Source of the DNA: Paraphysomonas bandaiensis
Taxonomy: Eukaryota; Protista; Chrysophyceae
Length of the DNA: 64,000 nt
Reading direction: 5' to 3'
NCBI GenBank assembly: GCA_965644295.1
Contig: CBFFRP010000202.1
Coordinates: 1-64,000 of the forward strand
The notes below the pieces were generated by a model, which ran no database searches, was not told the origin of the DNA, and was given only the letters and a program-made list of their open reading frames with translations. Of this stretch, positions 50,455 through 62,600 are shown piece by piece (positions within the stretch are counted from its first letter, which is position 1; every line of letters begins with the position of its first letter). The position numbers were made by a program, and so were the translations under genes.

Positions 50455-52239
50455 ATGGGAAAAACTACTAAACGACGACGTGAAGATATATCAGCAATAG
50501 AGGCTATAGAAGCCATTGAGGTCAATCGTTCAGATAATGGAGATATTCACGATTACGGTAAGTCTTAATCATGGAATATATGTATAGATTGTTCGTATAC
50601 GGGCTACTGCATCTACTTGTATATATAGACTGCTCGTATACTGGCTACTGCATCTACTTGTATATATATACTGCTCACATACTGGTTACCGCATCTACTT
50701 GTATATATAGACTACTCACATACTAGTTATTACATCTACTGGTATATATATATACTACTCGTATTCTGGTTACTGTACTAGTTATTCTATCTAGTTTGGT
50801 GCATGACACTGTGGCAATATATATACATATGTATAACGTAGTGGTGATATATATATATATCTATACGGTTCTCGTTCAATAGCATTATATGTTATATGTA
50901 TAGCATGCAAATAGCCATATACTTATAGCCCTATGCACAGATGCCATATCTCTCTTAATGGCCGAATCAATGAACCGGGAAGCCAAGAAGAAAACCCGTA
51001 AAGTAGAACGAAAATTTGCTCTTTCGATTCTTGAAGAAGCGAAAAATTCCGATTGGGAAGATCACGAATTGGCGAAATTGATTTTTCTTATTTCCGGGAA
51101 AATGGGACTTAGTAATAAAAAACTTCTTAAATTTTTGAGGAAGTCATCGGTATGTACAACGGACTTGTTGGCATGTTTGGGGGATGGTGGGGTGGTGTTT
51201 CCGGCGAAGACGGCTTTGTCATTATTGAAAGCGAAAGCAAAGGACTCGCGTCATATGTCCAGTTTGATTACTCAAGGCATTGATCATGGTACGAATTGGA
51301 TTAAGTTATTATTTAGTTTCTCACCTTGCTGTTCACAGGGATCTTCAATCCATGCAACTCCGATCTCATAGAGGCGGTAAGTAGTCTTTTAATATTATTT
51401 CTATCTCGTTGATTTTTTTGACGATTGCAGTTGCGTGATATGACTATATCTGAGGGATATGGTTCCAGCGATGTAAAAAGTTTGATGAGCGCCCTTTGCA
51501 GCCATGCAGACTCAATGCGAGAATGTGGACGGGTTCTGGCCGCATTCTGTGCAGATTTTTCCGCCGAGGTAGCCGCAGCTTACATCAGGGACGTCATGAG
51601 TCTACAGTTCGTGAATGAACTAGATGGTAAATTGGGGGATATGCTTGATGAGCTTCCCGATATTCGTTCAGCAGTTGAAGAGGCACTGGAAGGCGTACTG
51701 CAAGTGGACAAGCATGGTAGGGTTTTGCCCGCGGACTCGGACGCAGATTCCGACGGAAATCTCCGGTACTTTTTACTCTGCTCGCCGTTATGTGTGTTTT
51801 ACTTTCTTACAGGGACTTTATTGATGATGATGACGTCATACGTTATGCGACTGATAGCAGTGATGCTGATTGCAAGGGGAGGTCTTCCAGGACTTCTGGA
51901 TACGTGGTAGACGTTTACGAAAGTGTGAGCAGCTCTAGTTATGAGACCGATGATGACGACAATGATGAGGAGGAGAGTGAGGATGAAGTATTCGAGGAAG
52001 GCGGCGAAGTAGTTAGGATCTCCTCACGTATGTCATATGGTCGAGTTGTGGAAGAAGGTAGTTCCAGTGAAGAGGATGCAATGCCGGTATCTTCTGGAAT
52101 CGCAGCAGGTCGTGTGTCTGAAGCAAGTACCCAGAGCAGTGAAGATGAAGCTCAGTGGAGTGAGGACGAAGAGCCGCTAATGCAGCCTAGGAGGGGGGGA
52201 AGTAGAAGGCTATCATCAACACTTGAAGACTCCGATTAA
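50455..52239 (+). CDS. Hypothetical protein with acidic C-terminus, multi-exon
   Basis: MGKTTKRRRE start; ORFs linked by GT-AG introns; DGNL.DFIDDD motif; D/E-rich tail. Confidence 0.65.
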
Positions 52240-52609
52240 TCTGCTTCCCCAGGTTCATCTTATCTATATTATGCAGAAAGTATGCACAAGTGGCTTGCTT
52301 GTAAGTAAATTCAGTACCATTCACTGTCAGTGAATCAGCCATTAAACTTGTAGCACCTGATTTCTATTCCACGATTGTGAGAGTTGGTTTTGAATGGTAG
52401 CCAGTAGTACAGTTTGAATTCTTTTCGATATAAACCAAAATATTTTGTAATACGTATCTATCATATTTTGGATGCCCATGAGAATGTAATGTGTATATGA
52501 AAGTCTTATTTTTAGCAGTAGGCGTTAAGAACCGGCACCAGATGAGTAGTTAGATGAAGGCTAGTCAAGCTAGATCGACGCACCGGTATCTAACTAGCAG
52601 CATATATCA

Positions 52610-53070
52610 CATATTCTCATATCTTACTATTTAGTAATTAACGCTAGAAAAGCTGCTTGTGCATCGCCGCAAGCACCAAGGTGCCACCACTTCCGTTTTT
52701 GTGTGCGAAATACAGAAGGATCAGTCAGGAAGACGCGCGCCACTTACTAGGACAGGGCTCCTCAGGACTTGTGGAGGAGGATTCTGTATCAGTGAGTTAA
52801 GTGCTCTTAACTTGAGATACATGGACGACGGGGTATGTTGGGATTCCTGCATATTTTTGAATGGTTCTAGTTGCAAGTTGGGCCTGGGACAGAGAAGTAG
52901 CTGACGGAGTCGGTGGCGTCTCTCTGCTGAGGCGGGGGTGGTGGAAGAGGAAGATGTCCGGAGGGGCGGGTTAGGTCTCCGCTCTACACGTAGTTAGCGT
53001 AGATTCCGTGGCTTCCGCTGAGTGTTGCTCGATTAGAGAATGTAATGTGGGGTATAAGAAGAGCGTTTAT
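52610..53070 (-). mobile_element. LINE-like 3' fragment related to the 9485-9968 insertion
   Basis: Pro-rich frame ending GARLPD* (stop 52721); 36-nt motif at 52653-52688 matches 9594-9629 at 30 of 36 positions. Confidence 0.6.
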
Positions 53071-53576
53071 TTATTGACGAAATCGGCATAGCCTTTTTTC
53101 TACTGTAGATTATTACAATTTATGCAGTATATATACATACTATATAAATAAAAACTCAGGGGCGTTGTTGGATGCGCTTAGCATCACACACCACTTAAAG
53201 AGTTCCAGGATTGGTTCATGAAAACAAAGATTCGGGAAAATGCTAAATCTGCTCTCCTGGCGTGAACGTAGCCCGATATGAATGTATTTTGCACTTGCAC
53301 TTTCATAGCGTGATAATTTCGAAGTAAGAATAACTAGTATAGTTTACTTGATATATGTAGGTTTATTATTTATCGCAATTGCAGAGGAATACTACCCAAG
53401 TTCATTGGTGAACGGCGAAAACTTCCGCCAAACTAGCAGCCACCACATTCGTAATTGGCAGACACTTAACCTCCAACCCTATGGATGCGCCATTTCAACT
53501 TGTCTTCCAGAGAAGACAGTGCCGCTATCTGCAGTAGGAATTTGAGAGTATCCACTCGCCCTCCTCCTGAAAAGAA

Positions 53577-56500
53577 TCAATAATCCACACAAGTTGTTAG
53601 ATTTTTCGATGACACTAACCTCACAAAGAAGACGGTAGCAATAGCGAGTACCACAACAACCGCAATGATAACCAAGTACCAAATGTACGGCCAGTTGCCA
53701 GAATGCGATTCACCAAGTGTTATCGTTTTCCTGCCGTGGTGCGTCATCTCAAAATGAAATTGCCGTCCCTCACTGTTAGGTCCTGACACAAGTATGTTTG
53801 CATGCTTGTTGTGATTTCGGAAGAGTTGTTTGTCGTGCAGCACAATATCATATTCTCCATTCGGTAGACACAACCTAAATAATAACGATCTAACAATGAA
53901 AGATATGCAAAACAAAAGTAGCACTTACACATCAGCTTCTTCGTCACTTAGAACCAGTGTGCTTGCAGCCACAAGCGTTTTCGGCTTACCACTGCGCTTG
54001 CTTGTCCAGACTTCATAGTGTGCGTCACCGTACCTGAAAAAAGCATGGTTCATTGAAATACATATATACACTTATCTTTCTGTTCCAGTAGCAGAAATTC
54101 ACATGGGTAAAACAACAACACATACTGAATACATACCACGTGTATTCTGCATAGTCATCGTCGGTAACATTTGCTCTCATCACGACACGCAATGGAGAAA
54201 ATCCATTGTCACAACGGTTGCATTCTCCATCTCCAGATATATGGAGGGTTTGTGACCGCCAGTAGGAAGAAAGAGACATTTTGCATCCTGGTGACACAAC
54301 ACGTATGTATTTTGAGTTATCTGGAAGTACTTCACCCGACATTGCAGCTAAATTATTAATTCGTGCAATGTAATTTGTCTTGGGCTGCAGACAAGCAGAA
54401 AATCTGTCTACTCTGTTAGTGAGGGCATCCTTCTTGTCATGGTTGGAAGTAAAAGTCCTGATGAATACGGTCTCTCCAACTTGGCTGCCTTCCATCTTTG
54501 AAAGAGTGAAATACATATCCCGCCAAGAGAGGCCCGCTTTCCAATCTTCGAGCTGTAGTCGTATTAACGACCCACCTTGCATCATACAGGCTCTTGTGTT
54601 ATCATCATAGTTTAGGTCTTCCGCTGATATACGTGCTACTGCAGTGGCAGACTCATCCACATATCCCTTGGAAGTAATCACAATGCTATACAACTGCTCA
54701 CTGCCCATAGCAAGCTTCTTGGCTGTGACATGAACCGTGTACACACCTTTTTCTGGCCTGTGTATAACGACCCTCTCTAGAGGGTTAAATTCATCACCTC
54801 TACGATTGTTGCCGTAGAACACCTGGCCACTTGGCGATATCACCATCAAGTCAATATCATTGAGAAGCATTTTAGCTGCCCATCTGTCATGACATAGTAT
54901 TACACGCTTTACAGTAGCGGTTAACAATATAACTAGTATGCTATTCAGGGTGATAGTTACAGGTGTCCATATACTTGCAGAGTATGTATATCACATAAAG
55001 TAAACTTACACAACATTTGGGGGATCGTTCCATACAACCGAAACCCTGAGAGCCTGACTGGTATGAAGAACTGTAGCTTTGTATGTCCGGCGAGTAAGTG
55101 ACTCCAACGACTCATAGTCAGCAATGTACAAGTCATAATCAAAGTACCCCGGCAAAGGGAGTGCATTCTTTAACATAACTTGACCCCACCCTTGGAAGCG
55201 ATCTGGTGGTTCCGTCAGATTCGTAGTAGGAAGTGTGCTTCCCGCCTCCGCCAGAAGCTTATTCATATCCGTTGCACTGTGCACAAGAATGGCTTTCAAC
55301 AGCGTCCCTGATGCGTGCCTTTTACCGTCTTTACCTTTGGAGGCTACGTGAGGGCATGAGCGATACGTTGTGTTGCACAAACTACCCCAATAAGAGGTAT
55401 GCTCTAAATATTGCTTCACAATAATAGCCGAGGCCGCAACAATTGGGGTAGCCATTGAGGTACCACTCGATAGCTGTACGTTGCAGCTTTCTTTATCTCC
55501 CGTTCCAACTCCTGCACTCATCAAGTTGCTTCCTGGACCAATTACATCAGGCTTGATCATGCCTCTGAACTCCTGTCCAATTCCAGAAAAGGAGACAATT
55601 TCATTATGGTTTTCTGCTGATGCCCCAATAGTAAGGGCAGATTTGCTGACACCTGGAGACATTACACTGTCCATCCCAGCTGCACCATCATTGCCTATAG
55701 TAAAAACGATTTTCTTATAAATGGAATCGTAAGTTAACTATTTTCACTGGTACAAACCAATGAATACAATGAAATATAAAACGCGTTACTACAATTCATA
55801 TAATAAATTGATGCCCAATCCTAGGCACATCATTAGTACCTGCTGCAACAACTACCAAGAAATCCGGATGTTCGTACATGTACTCGTCAATATCCAATGC
55901 ATAACTGGTGTACGATGCAATACCTCGACATCCCCAACTATTCGAGTGCACTCTAGCACCGGCCGCATAGGCAGGAGGAAACCCAACCGAATATAATGAC
56001 GGCACATACATATGTCCCTTGGCCTGAACATCGAACATGGCGAGCTTCGCCTCAGTAATAAGACCGTTAAACTGCTCTGCACTGCGATAAGGAGGGCGGT
56101 GATGGTCCTTAGGGTTAATACATTTTCCCACAGATGCGCCACTGCACCATGTCCCTAAAAATTATCCGTGCAGCATTAGCACAGATCTATTTCGGGATAG
56201 AAGGGTAGATGCAATATGACACATAGCATAGTGTTCAGCTATTACGTTTGTTTCATACTAATTGGTGCATGTACGTGCAGTACACTAACCGTGGTCAAAA
56301 GTTTCGTCAGGAATACCATCCGCAAATGCCACATACTGTATTATCTTTCGGCGATGAGGTTCAGTGATAGGATTGGCGTAATTAGATCGGTGAGTACGAG
56401 TGGTGCGTTCGTGGGTGTCGTCAATAAAATAGCAGCTCAAATCATCTACGCCTAATTCGATTTAGTAGTTACATACAAAGCATATCAGATACGTCACAAG

Positions 56501-57593
56501 TTTTGATACCAGAATCAATCATTCCTAAGACATAGCCCTTTCCATCAAGACCAATGTCGGTATATGGCGTATTGGTATGATCCCCACTCTGAATCCAGGC
56601 ATTTTGATCTGTAGCATTGGCCAAAGTGGTGTCCACAGATTCCGTATTCATATGAAGTCCTTCATGCACGGACACATGGGAGACACCGTGCGTCATTACA
56701 GCCACAGATGCAAGGAAAAGCATGCAGTCCTTGTTACCGCCACGAGCGCGCTTTGGATTAGCAGGAACATTATCTGAACACATTCTTACTTATAGAAATG
56801 CAGCCATATTTACAAGATTACCATCAGAGTGAATACTATCCATGTTGGAGACACGTGAAGTCAGGTGAACATGTGAACGGGAGCCATGCTGAACCTCCAC
56901 CGTAGAAAAATCACAGTAGCTATTAGTAGATTGTAAAAAACGTCTCCGTTTTTCGTGCAATACAGAGGGAGGGGTCTGAGCAGATTTAACGCTGAGAGGA
57001 ACTTCACTTGTCCAATAAAATGACTCCCAGTGTGATGACTGTAAGTCCCGATCGCCATAGATCTGCTGCGCACGAAAAAGGATATCTTGCCCAACTTCCG
57101 TATGATTAAAAGGAATTCCTTTACCCTGTACACCAAGACCAAGAGCTATTTCCAAGACAAGAGTAGATGATTCATCATTGTCATTCATCAAAAGGGATTC
57201 AACTGTATCGTCCAATTTCAGGACACTTGAAACAAGAGTGAAAGTAAACTCATCATCCATTTCATGAAGTTTATCAATAACATCCGGTGTATCATATATT
57301 TCAAATATATAACAAACTTTTTGTTGTTCCCAACTTGAAAATATGGGATAATAATGTATGAAAAGGCTCGTATATGTATGTACGTGATCTGCATATGTAT
57401 AACTTGTACATCCAATTAGATGTAAATGACGTTTTTCTGGATTAGTTTGTTCATGTGTGATCGAAGCATCATAATGAGATGGACATAAAGTTGTTTGAAT
57501 GGTTGAAATGTGTGTGTTATGAGTGTTATATGACACTATGAGTGTTAGATATGAAGATATCCATAAGAGTGATATGAGAGTGATTGAAAGCAT
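53577..57593 (-). CDS. Subtilisin-like S8 serine protease (KP-43/TagC-like) with signal peptide and C-terminal TM, multi-exon
   Basis: LGMIDSG (Asp), HGTWCSG (His), HSNSWG, VVAAGNDG, SSGTSMATP (Ser), QGWG, NDIDL; hydrophobic WYLVIIAVVVVLAIA. Confidence 0.92.
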
Positions 57594-57749
57594 TAGAAGA
57601 AATGAGAAAGTAAGAGAAGAGGGAGATGAGAAGAAGGGTTGAGAATTGTGACATAAGAGACAGTGAGAGATGAGGAGAGCAATGAATAGAGATGAAGTAC
57701 GTCACATGAGACACCACCAAGATACGAGAAAACATCTGGTTCGATACCC

Positions 57750-58210
57750 CATACATACATACATACATACATACATACATACATACATACATACATACAT
57801 ACATACATACATACATACATACATACATACATACATACATACATACATACATACATACATACATACATACATACATACATACATACATACATACATACAT
57901 ACATACATACATACATACATACATACATACATACATACATACATACATACATACATACATACATACATACATACATACATACATACATACATACATACAT
58001 ACATACATACATACATACATACATACATACATACATACATACATACATACATACATACATACATACATACATACATACATACATACATACATACATACAT
58101 ACATACATACATACATACATACATACATACATACATACATACATACATACATACATACACATACATACACATACATACATACATACACACATACATACGT
58201 ACATACATAT
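57750..58210. repeat. (CATA)n microsatellite between divergent genes
   Basis: About 410 bp of perfect repeat plus a degenerate flank. Confidence 0.98.
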
Positions 58211-58350
58211 ACTGCTATAGGTATCTATCATACAGCACATGTATGTATGTATGTCTTACAGTACACATACTCTACATACACATACATGCATACATACACA
58301 CTCTACTGTATATATACATACATAACTATCATTCTCATCATCAGATCTAA

Positions 58351-59109
58351 TCATATATACACAGTCTATCTAAACATATTCATTATGAAGGTAATTTCAT
58401 CTACCTCATCATAGGTAACAATCAAGCGATATTATTCGATACATTTCCTATCCATATCACTGATATCAGCCTTATAAAGATCATCCGATCATTAATAACA
58501 CATACATCTAAACAAGTTCATCTACCATTAATTATTGCTCATACACATTCACATGATGATCATATTGGTGGTGATATAGCATTTCATAATATAAAGAATG
58601 TTACTATAGTTGGTTATGGTATAGAGTGTGTTGCAAAGTTTTTTGGTCTTCCTAATCCATCTTTACGATCATATCCATATAATCTTGATGAGATTGTATC
58701 TTTTGAATTGGGTGGACGAGAATTAGAGATATTTTTTATACCAGGCCACTTTCCAGATCACATTGCAATCTATGATAAGATGTCGGGGGTATTACTCACT
58801 GGTGATTTCCTTTATCCGGGTCGTCTATACGTTCAACACCGTATGGACTTTGTCCATTCTGCAAAGCTTTTGAACGAATTTATACGTGATCGGCATATTT
58901 CTGCTGTCCTTGGGTCTCATATTGAAATGACTTCAACTGCCAATGTCGATTACCCCACTGGCACTCGTTTTCAACCAGATGAACCCCCACTAGCTTTGCA
59001 GCGAGAAGATATTGAAGTACTACATGAGGCAGTTCAGAAAGCTCATACAGACTGTTCAGATACTTGGCACTCTATTCCATGTGGACGCTTTATAGTTCAG
59101 CCATTATAG
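58351..59109 (+). CDS. Metallo-beta-lactamase-fold hydrolase; start not identified
   Basis: Open frame 58351-59109: YLIIG..AILFDT, HTHSHDDHIGGD (HxHxDH), IPGH, LTGDFLYPGRLY, LGSHIEM. Confidence 0.8.
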   Translation, partial: SYIHSLSKHIHYEGNFIYLIIGNNQAILFDTFPIHITDISLIKIIRSLITHTSKQVHLPLIIAHTHSHDDHIGGDIAFHNIKNVTIVGYGIECVAKFFGLPNPSLRSYPYNLDEIVSFELGGRELEIFFIPGHFPDHIAIYDKMSGVLLTGDFLYPGRLYVQHRMDFVHSAKLLNEFIRDRHISAVLGSHIEMTSTANVDYPTGTRFQPDEPPLALQREDIEVLHEAVQKAHTDCSDTWHSIPCGRFIVQPL

Positions 59110-59692
59110 TGGCACCGGTGGAGGCATTCAAGTTAGAAGCATGCGTTGCTGTATTACCTGAGCTCCACGTGAGCACCGTGAAACTGTCCATAAGTGCGTG
59201 AAACCCTCCGATCTTAAGGTTGATACAGTGAAATGCGCAGCAATTGATAGCGTGTGGCTCTTGTTAGTAGGATAGTAGTGCGTGCAGCATCGCTACCAGA
59301 ACACCTTAGAGGTGGAATAGGAAATGATTTCTGATTGTTACACTGTCGACAGCTGTAGCAGTTGGCCATAAGAGGAAAGCAAGTGAAGTCATCTCTTGCT
59401 AATTTAATTCAGTATTTCTAAATTTATTTTAAAAATGTGAATGTCGTTAACATTCTTATTTAATTAAGTCGCGTAGTCCATCAGAATGCCCAGAGGATGT
59501 TTTCAATTTAGGCAGAATAATATAGAAATTAATTAGTGTAAAATATCTTTATTAAGGGTAAAATTGTATAACTTTCACTGAATCAAAATATATTTAGCGT
59601 TATTGATATGAAAATAATTAACTGAACTGTGTTTTCCCGTCACCGCCAAAATTTTTTGATGTGACGCGAAAATGTAAGAGAGGTAGCATGAG

Positions 59693-62600
59693 TTACTCTA
59701 CAACTTGAAGAAGGTGCTTAAAAACAAACAGCTTTTTGTGTAGTTCGTTGTCAGCATCACATACATTCAATGCTTCAGTGTACATTCGAGCCGCTTCGTC
59801 CCACTTACTGTTACGCTCCGCACTGAGAGCTTTACGTAGAATTTTATTGTACCTTTTGACAGTGTCACTGTCTCTTTCGTCAATCCAAGAAGAATACGGG
59901 TATATAGATATGTTTCTACGATCATTGGCTTTCAGCGGCTGAACAGTTATCGCAGACAAGCACTTCACCAGACTCGTTGCATCAAAATTCGTATCTCCAG
60001 TTCTGCTAACATCATTATCCATATTTACATCTTCCCCAAAACGCTTTGTTTTCTCTGATAAGGTTATTTTCGAAACCGAATCGACTACAGCATCGACATT
60101 AATATTCTCCTTTTCATCGAAATGCTCGACCGTGAGATCAATGCTATCAGGTACAAAATTAACCCTTCTCCGCCGTCGTGGAGTAACAAAGCATCCCTGA
60201 GCTGACAGCTCTTGATAAGAAATAGCAGAAGTATGACTTTCATTAAAACTACTGTCGATACTAACCAAGTTTACTATTTCTGATGTAGAAGTATCGAGGG
60301 ATACATCATTCTTTACTGGTACGACTTTGGGGTTCTCATCACTGCAATTATCTCCACGAACCCACTCTCCATCAGTATCGCTCCTAGATGTCGTGTAGAC
60401 AACACTGTCCTCTGAGATAGAAGGCGATTCAGTATCAACAGGTAGAGCACCCGGGCAAAAATGTGGAGAAGAACAATCGATGTCTAATGAAATACGACAG
60501 TTCAATAACGAATCCGGCGAACCCGTTGATGTATTTAAATCACGATCAAATAGAGTACTATTACGACATATACGCTCATCGTCCCTGGCACCGAGAGGAA
60601 CGCGACCAGGTACCACAGAACTAGAAAGTTTGTTCTCTTCACCAGAAACATCAGCAATTGAAGAAGTATTCACTTTTCGAAGACGAATATGCCTCTTCTT
60701 CTGATCACATGCCTCATCCTCACTATCACAGAGCCCATCGCTCATGTCATCCACGTAGTCACCATCTTCATTACCACTGCATGAATCGCAATCATCATTA
60801 TTATCAGTTGATTCTGGGGCTGATCGTGGAACATCTGGTACTGAATCAAAGGAGTCTAAATCAATGCACTCCATCTCTTTACCAGAAACATCAGCAATTG
60901 AAGAAGTATTCACTTTTCGAAGACGAATATGCCTCTTCTTCTGATCACATGCCTCATCCTCACTATCACAGAGCCCATCGCTCATGTCATCCACGTAGTC
61001 ACCATCTTCATTACCACTGCATGAATCGCAATCATCATTATTATCAGTTGATTCTGGGGCTGATCGTGGAACATCTGGTACTGCATCAAAGGAGTCTAAA
61101 TCAATGCACTCCATCTCTTTACCAGAAACATCAGCAATTGAAGAAGTATTCACTTTTCGAAGACGAATATGCCTCTTCTTCTGATCACATGCCTCATCCT
61201 CACTATCACAGAGCCCATCGCTCATGTCATCCACGTAGTCACCATCTTCATTACCACTGCATGAATCGCAATCATCATTATTATCAGTTGATTCTGGGGC
61301 TGATCGTGGAACATCTGGCACTGCATCAAAGGAGTCTAAATCAATGCACTCCATCTCTTTACCAGAAACATCAGCAATTGAAGAAGAATTCACTTTTCGA
61401 AGACGAATATGCCTCTTCTTCTGATCACATGCCTCATCCTCACTATCACAGAGCCCATCGCTCATGTCATCCACGTAGTCACCATCTTCATTACCACTGC
61501 ATGAATCGCAATCATCATTATTATCAGTTGATTCTGGGGCTGATCGTGGAACATCTGGTACTGCATCAAAGGAGTCTAAATCAATGCACTCCATCTCTTT
61601 ACCAGAAACATCAGCAATTGAAGAAGTATTCACTTTTCGAAGACGAATATGCCTCTTCTTCTGATCACATGCCTCATCCTCACTATCACAGAGCCCATCG
61701 CTCATGTCATCCACGTAGTCACCATCTTCATTACCACTGCATGAATCGCAATCATCATTATTATCAGTTGATTCTGGGGCTGATCGTGGAACATCTGGCA
61801 CTGCATCAAAGGAGTCTAAATCAATGCACTCCATCTCTTTACCAGAAACATCAGCAATTGAAGAAGTATTCACTTTTCGAAGACGAATGTACCTCTTCGT
61901 CTGATCATGATCACATGCCTCATCCTTGCTATCAATGAGTGACCTAGCTGCAGCGACGGAATACTCTTTCTCTTGTCCTAGTTCTTGAGAAACTGTCGTG
62001 TTAGATATTTGCGTACTGATTTGTTTATGGAATTCGATATCCTGAACTCGTTCGTAGAGCGAATCATGGAAGGTTACACCCAATATTCCACATGATGTCA
62101 TAATGCTACGTCCAACAAACTCGCTTGCATCACCAATATCACAGTTTTTCAATTTGTCCATTACAAAAGATTGTCCTGTTTTGTAACATCATAAGCTATT
62201 ACAAATGCAGAACAATCAAAAGTATTATTAAATATACTACCTCGGGCTGCAATTGTGAATAGTTCTCTTGTCTCCTTGTCCGAGAAATATCTCGCCGAAG
62301 TGTTACCCTGTTCAGAAGTGACCCTCAAACCATCTTTAAATACCTTTCCACACATAGTTATTATACAGCATGACTCACAAAAAATGTTCACTTACTTGTT
62401 TCTCGTACATTTTTTCCTCCACACACCCGGCCATGATCAAGCGATAAACAAGGACATCTTTGTTTTGTCCAATACGATAGGCACGGTCAACCGCCTGTCT
62501 GAAATATACGTTATTGATGAAACTCTCATCCAAGTTCTATACCTGTCCTCGGCTGGATTCCAAGACGGATCAAACACAATAACTCGATCAGCACCAGTTA

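Noticed and set aside
59110-59400. Possible structured ncRNA downstream of the MBL gene
   Set aside because: No convincing tRNA, snRNA or snoRNA boxes by eye; needs an Rfam scan.
60641-61925. CRISPR-like regular array, and the 426-aa plus-strand ORF 60658-61938
   Set aside because: No unique spacers and eukaryotic context; the plus ORF is the antisense shadow of the coding repeat.
62161-62241. Apparent stop/start overlap (TAATG) or frameshift in the helicase
   Set aside because: A GT-AG intron at ~62241-62176 restores the frame ([10 protein letters not shown]).
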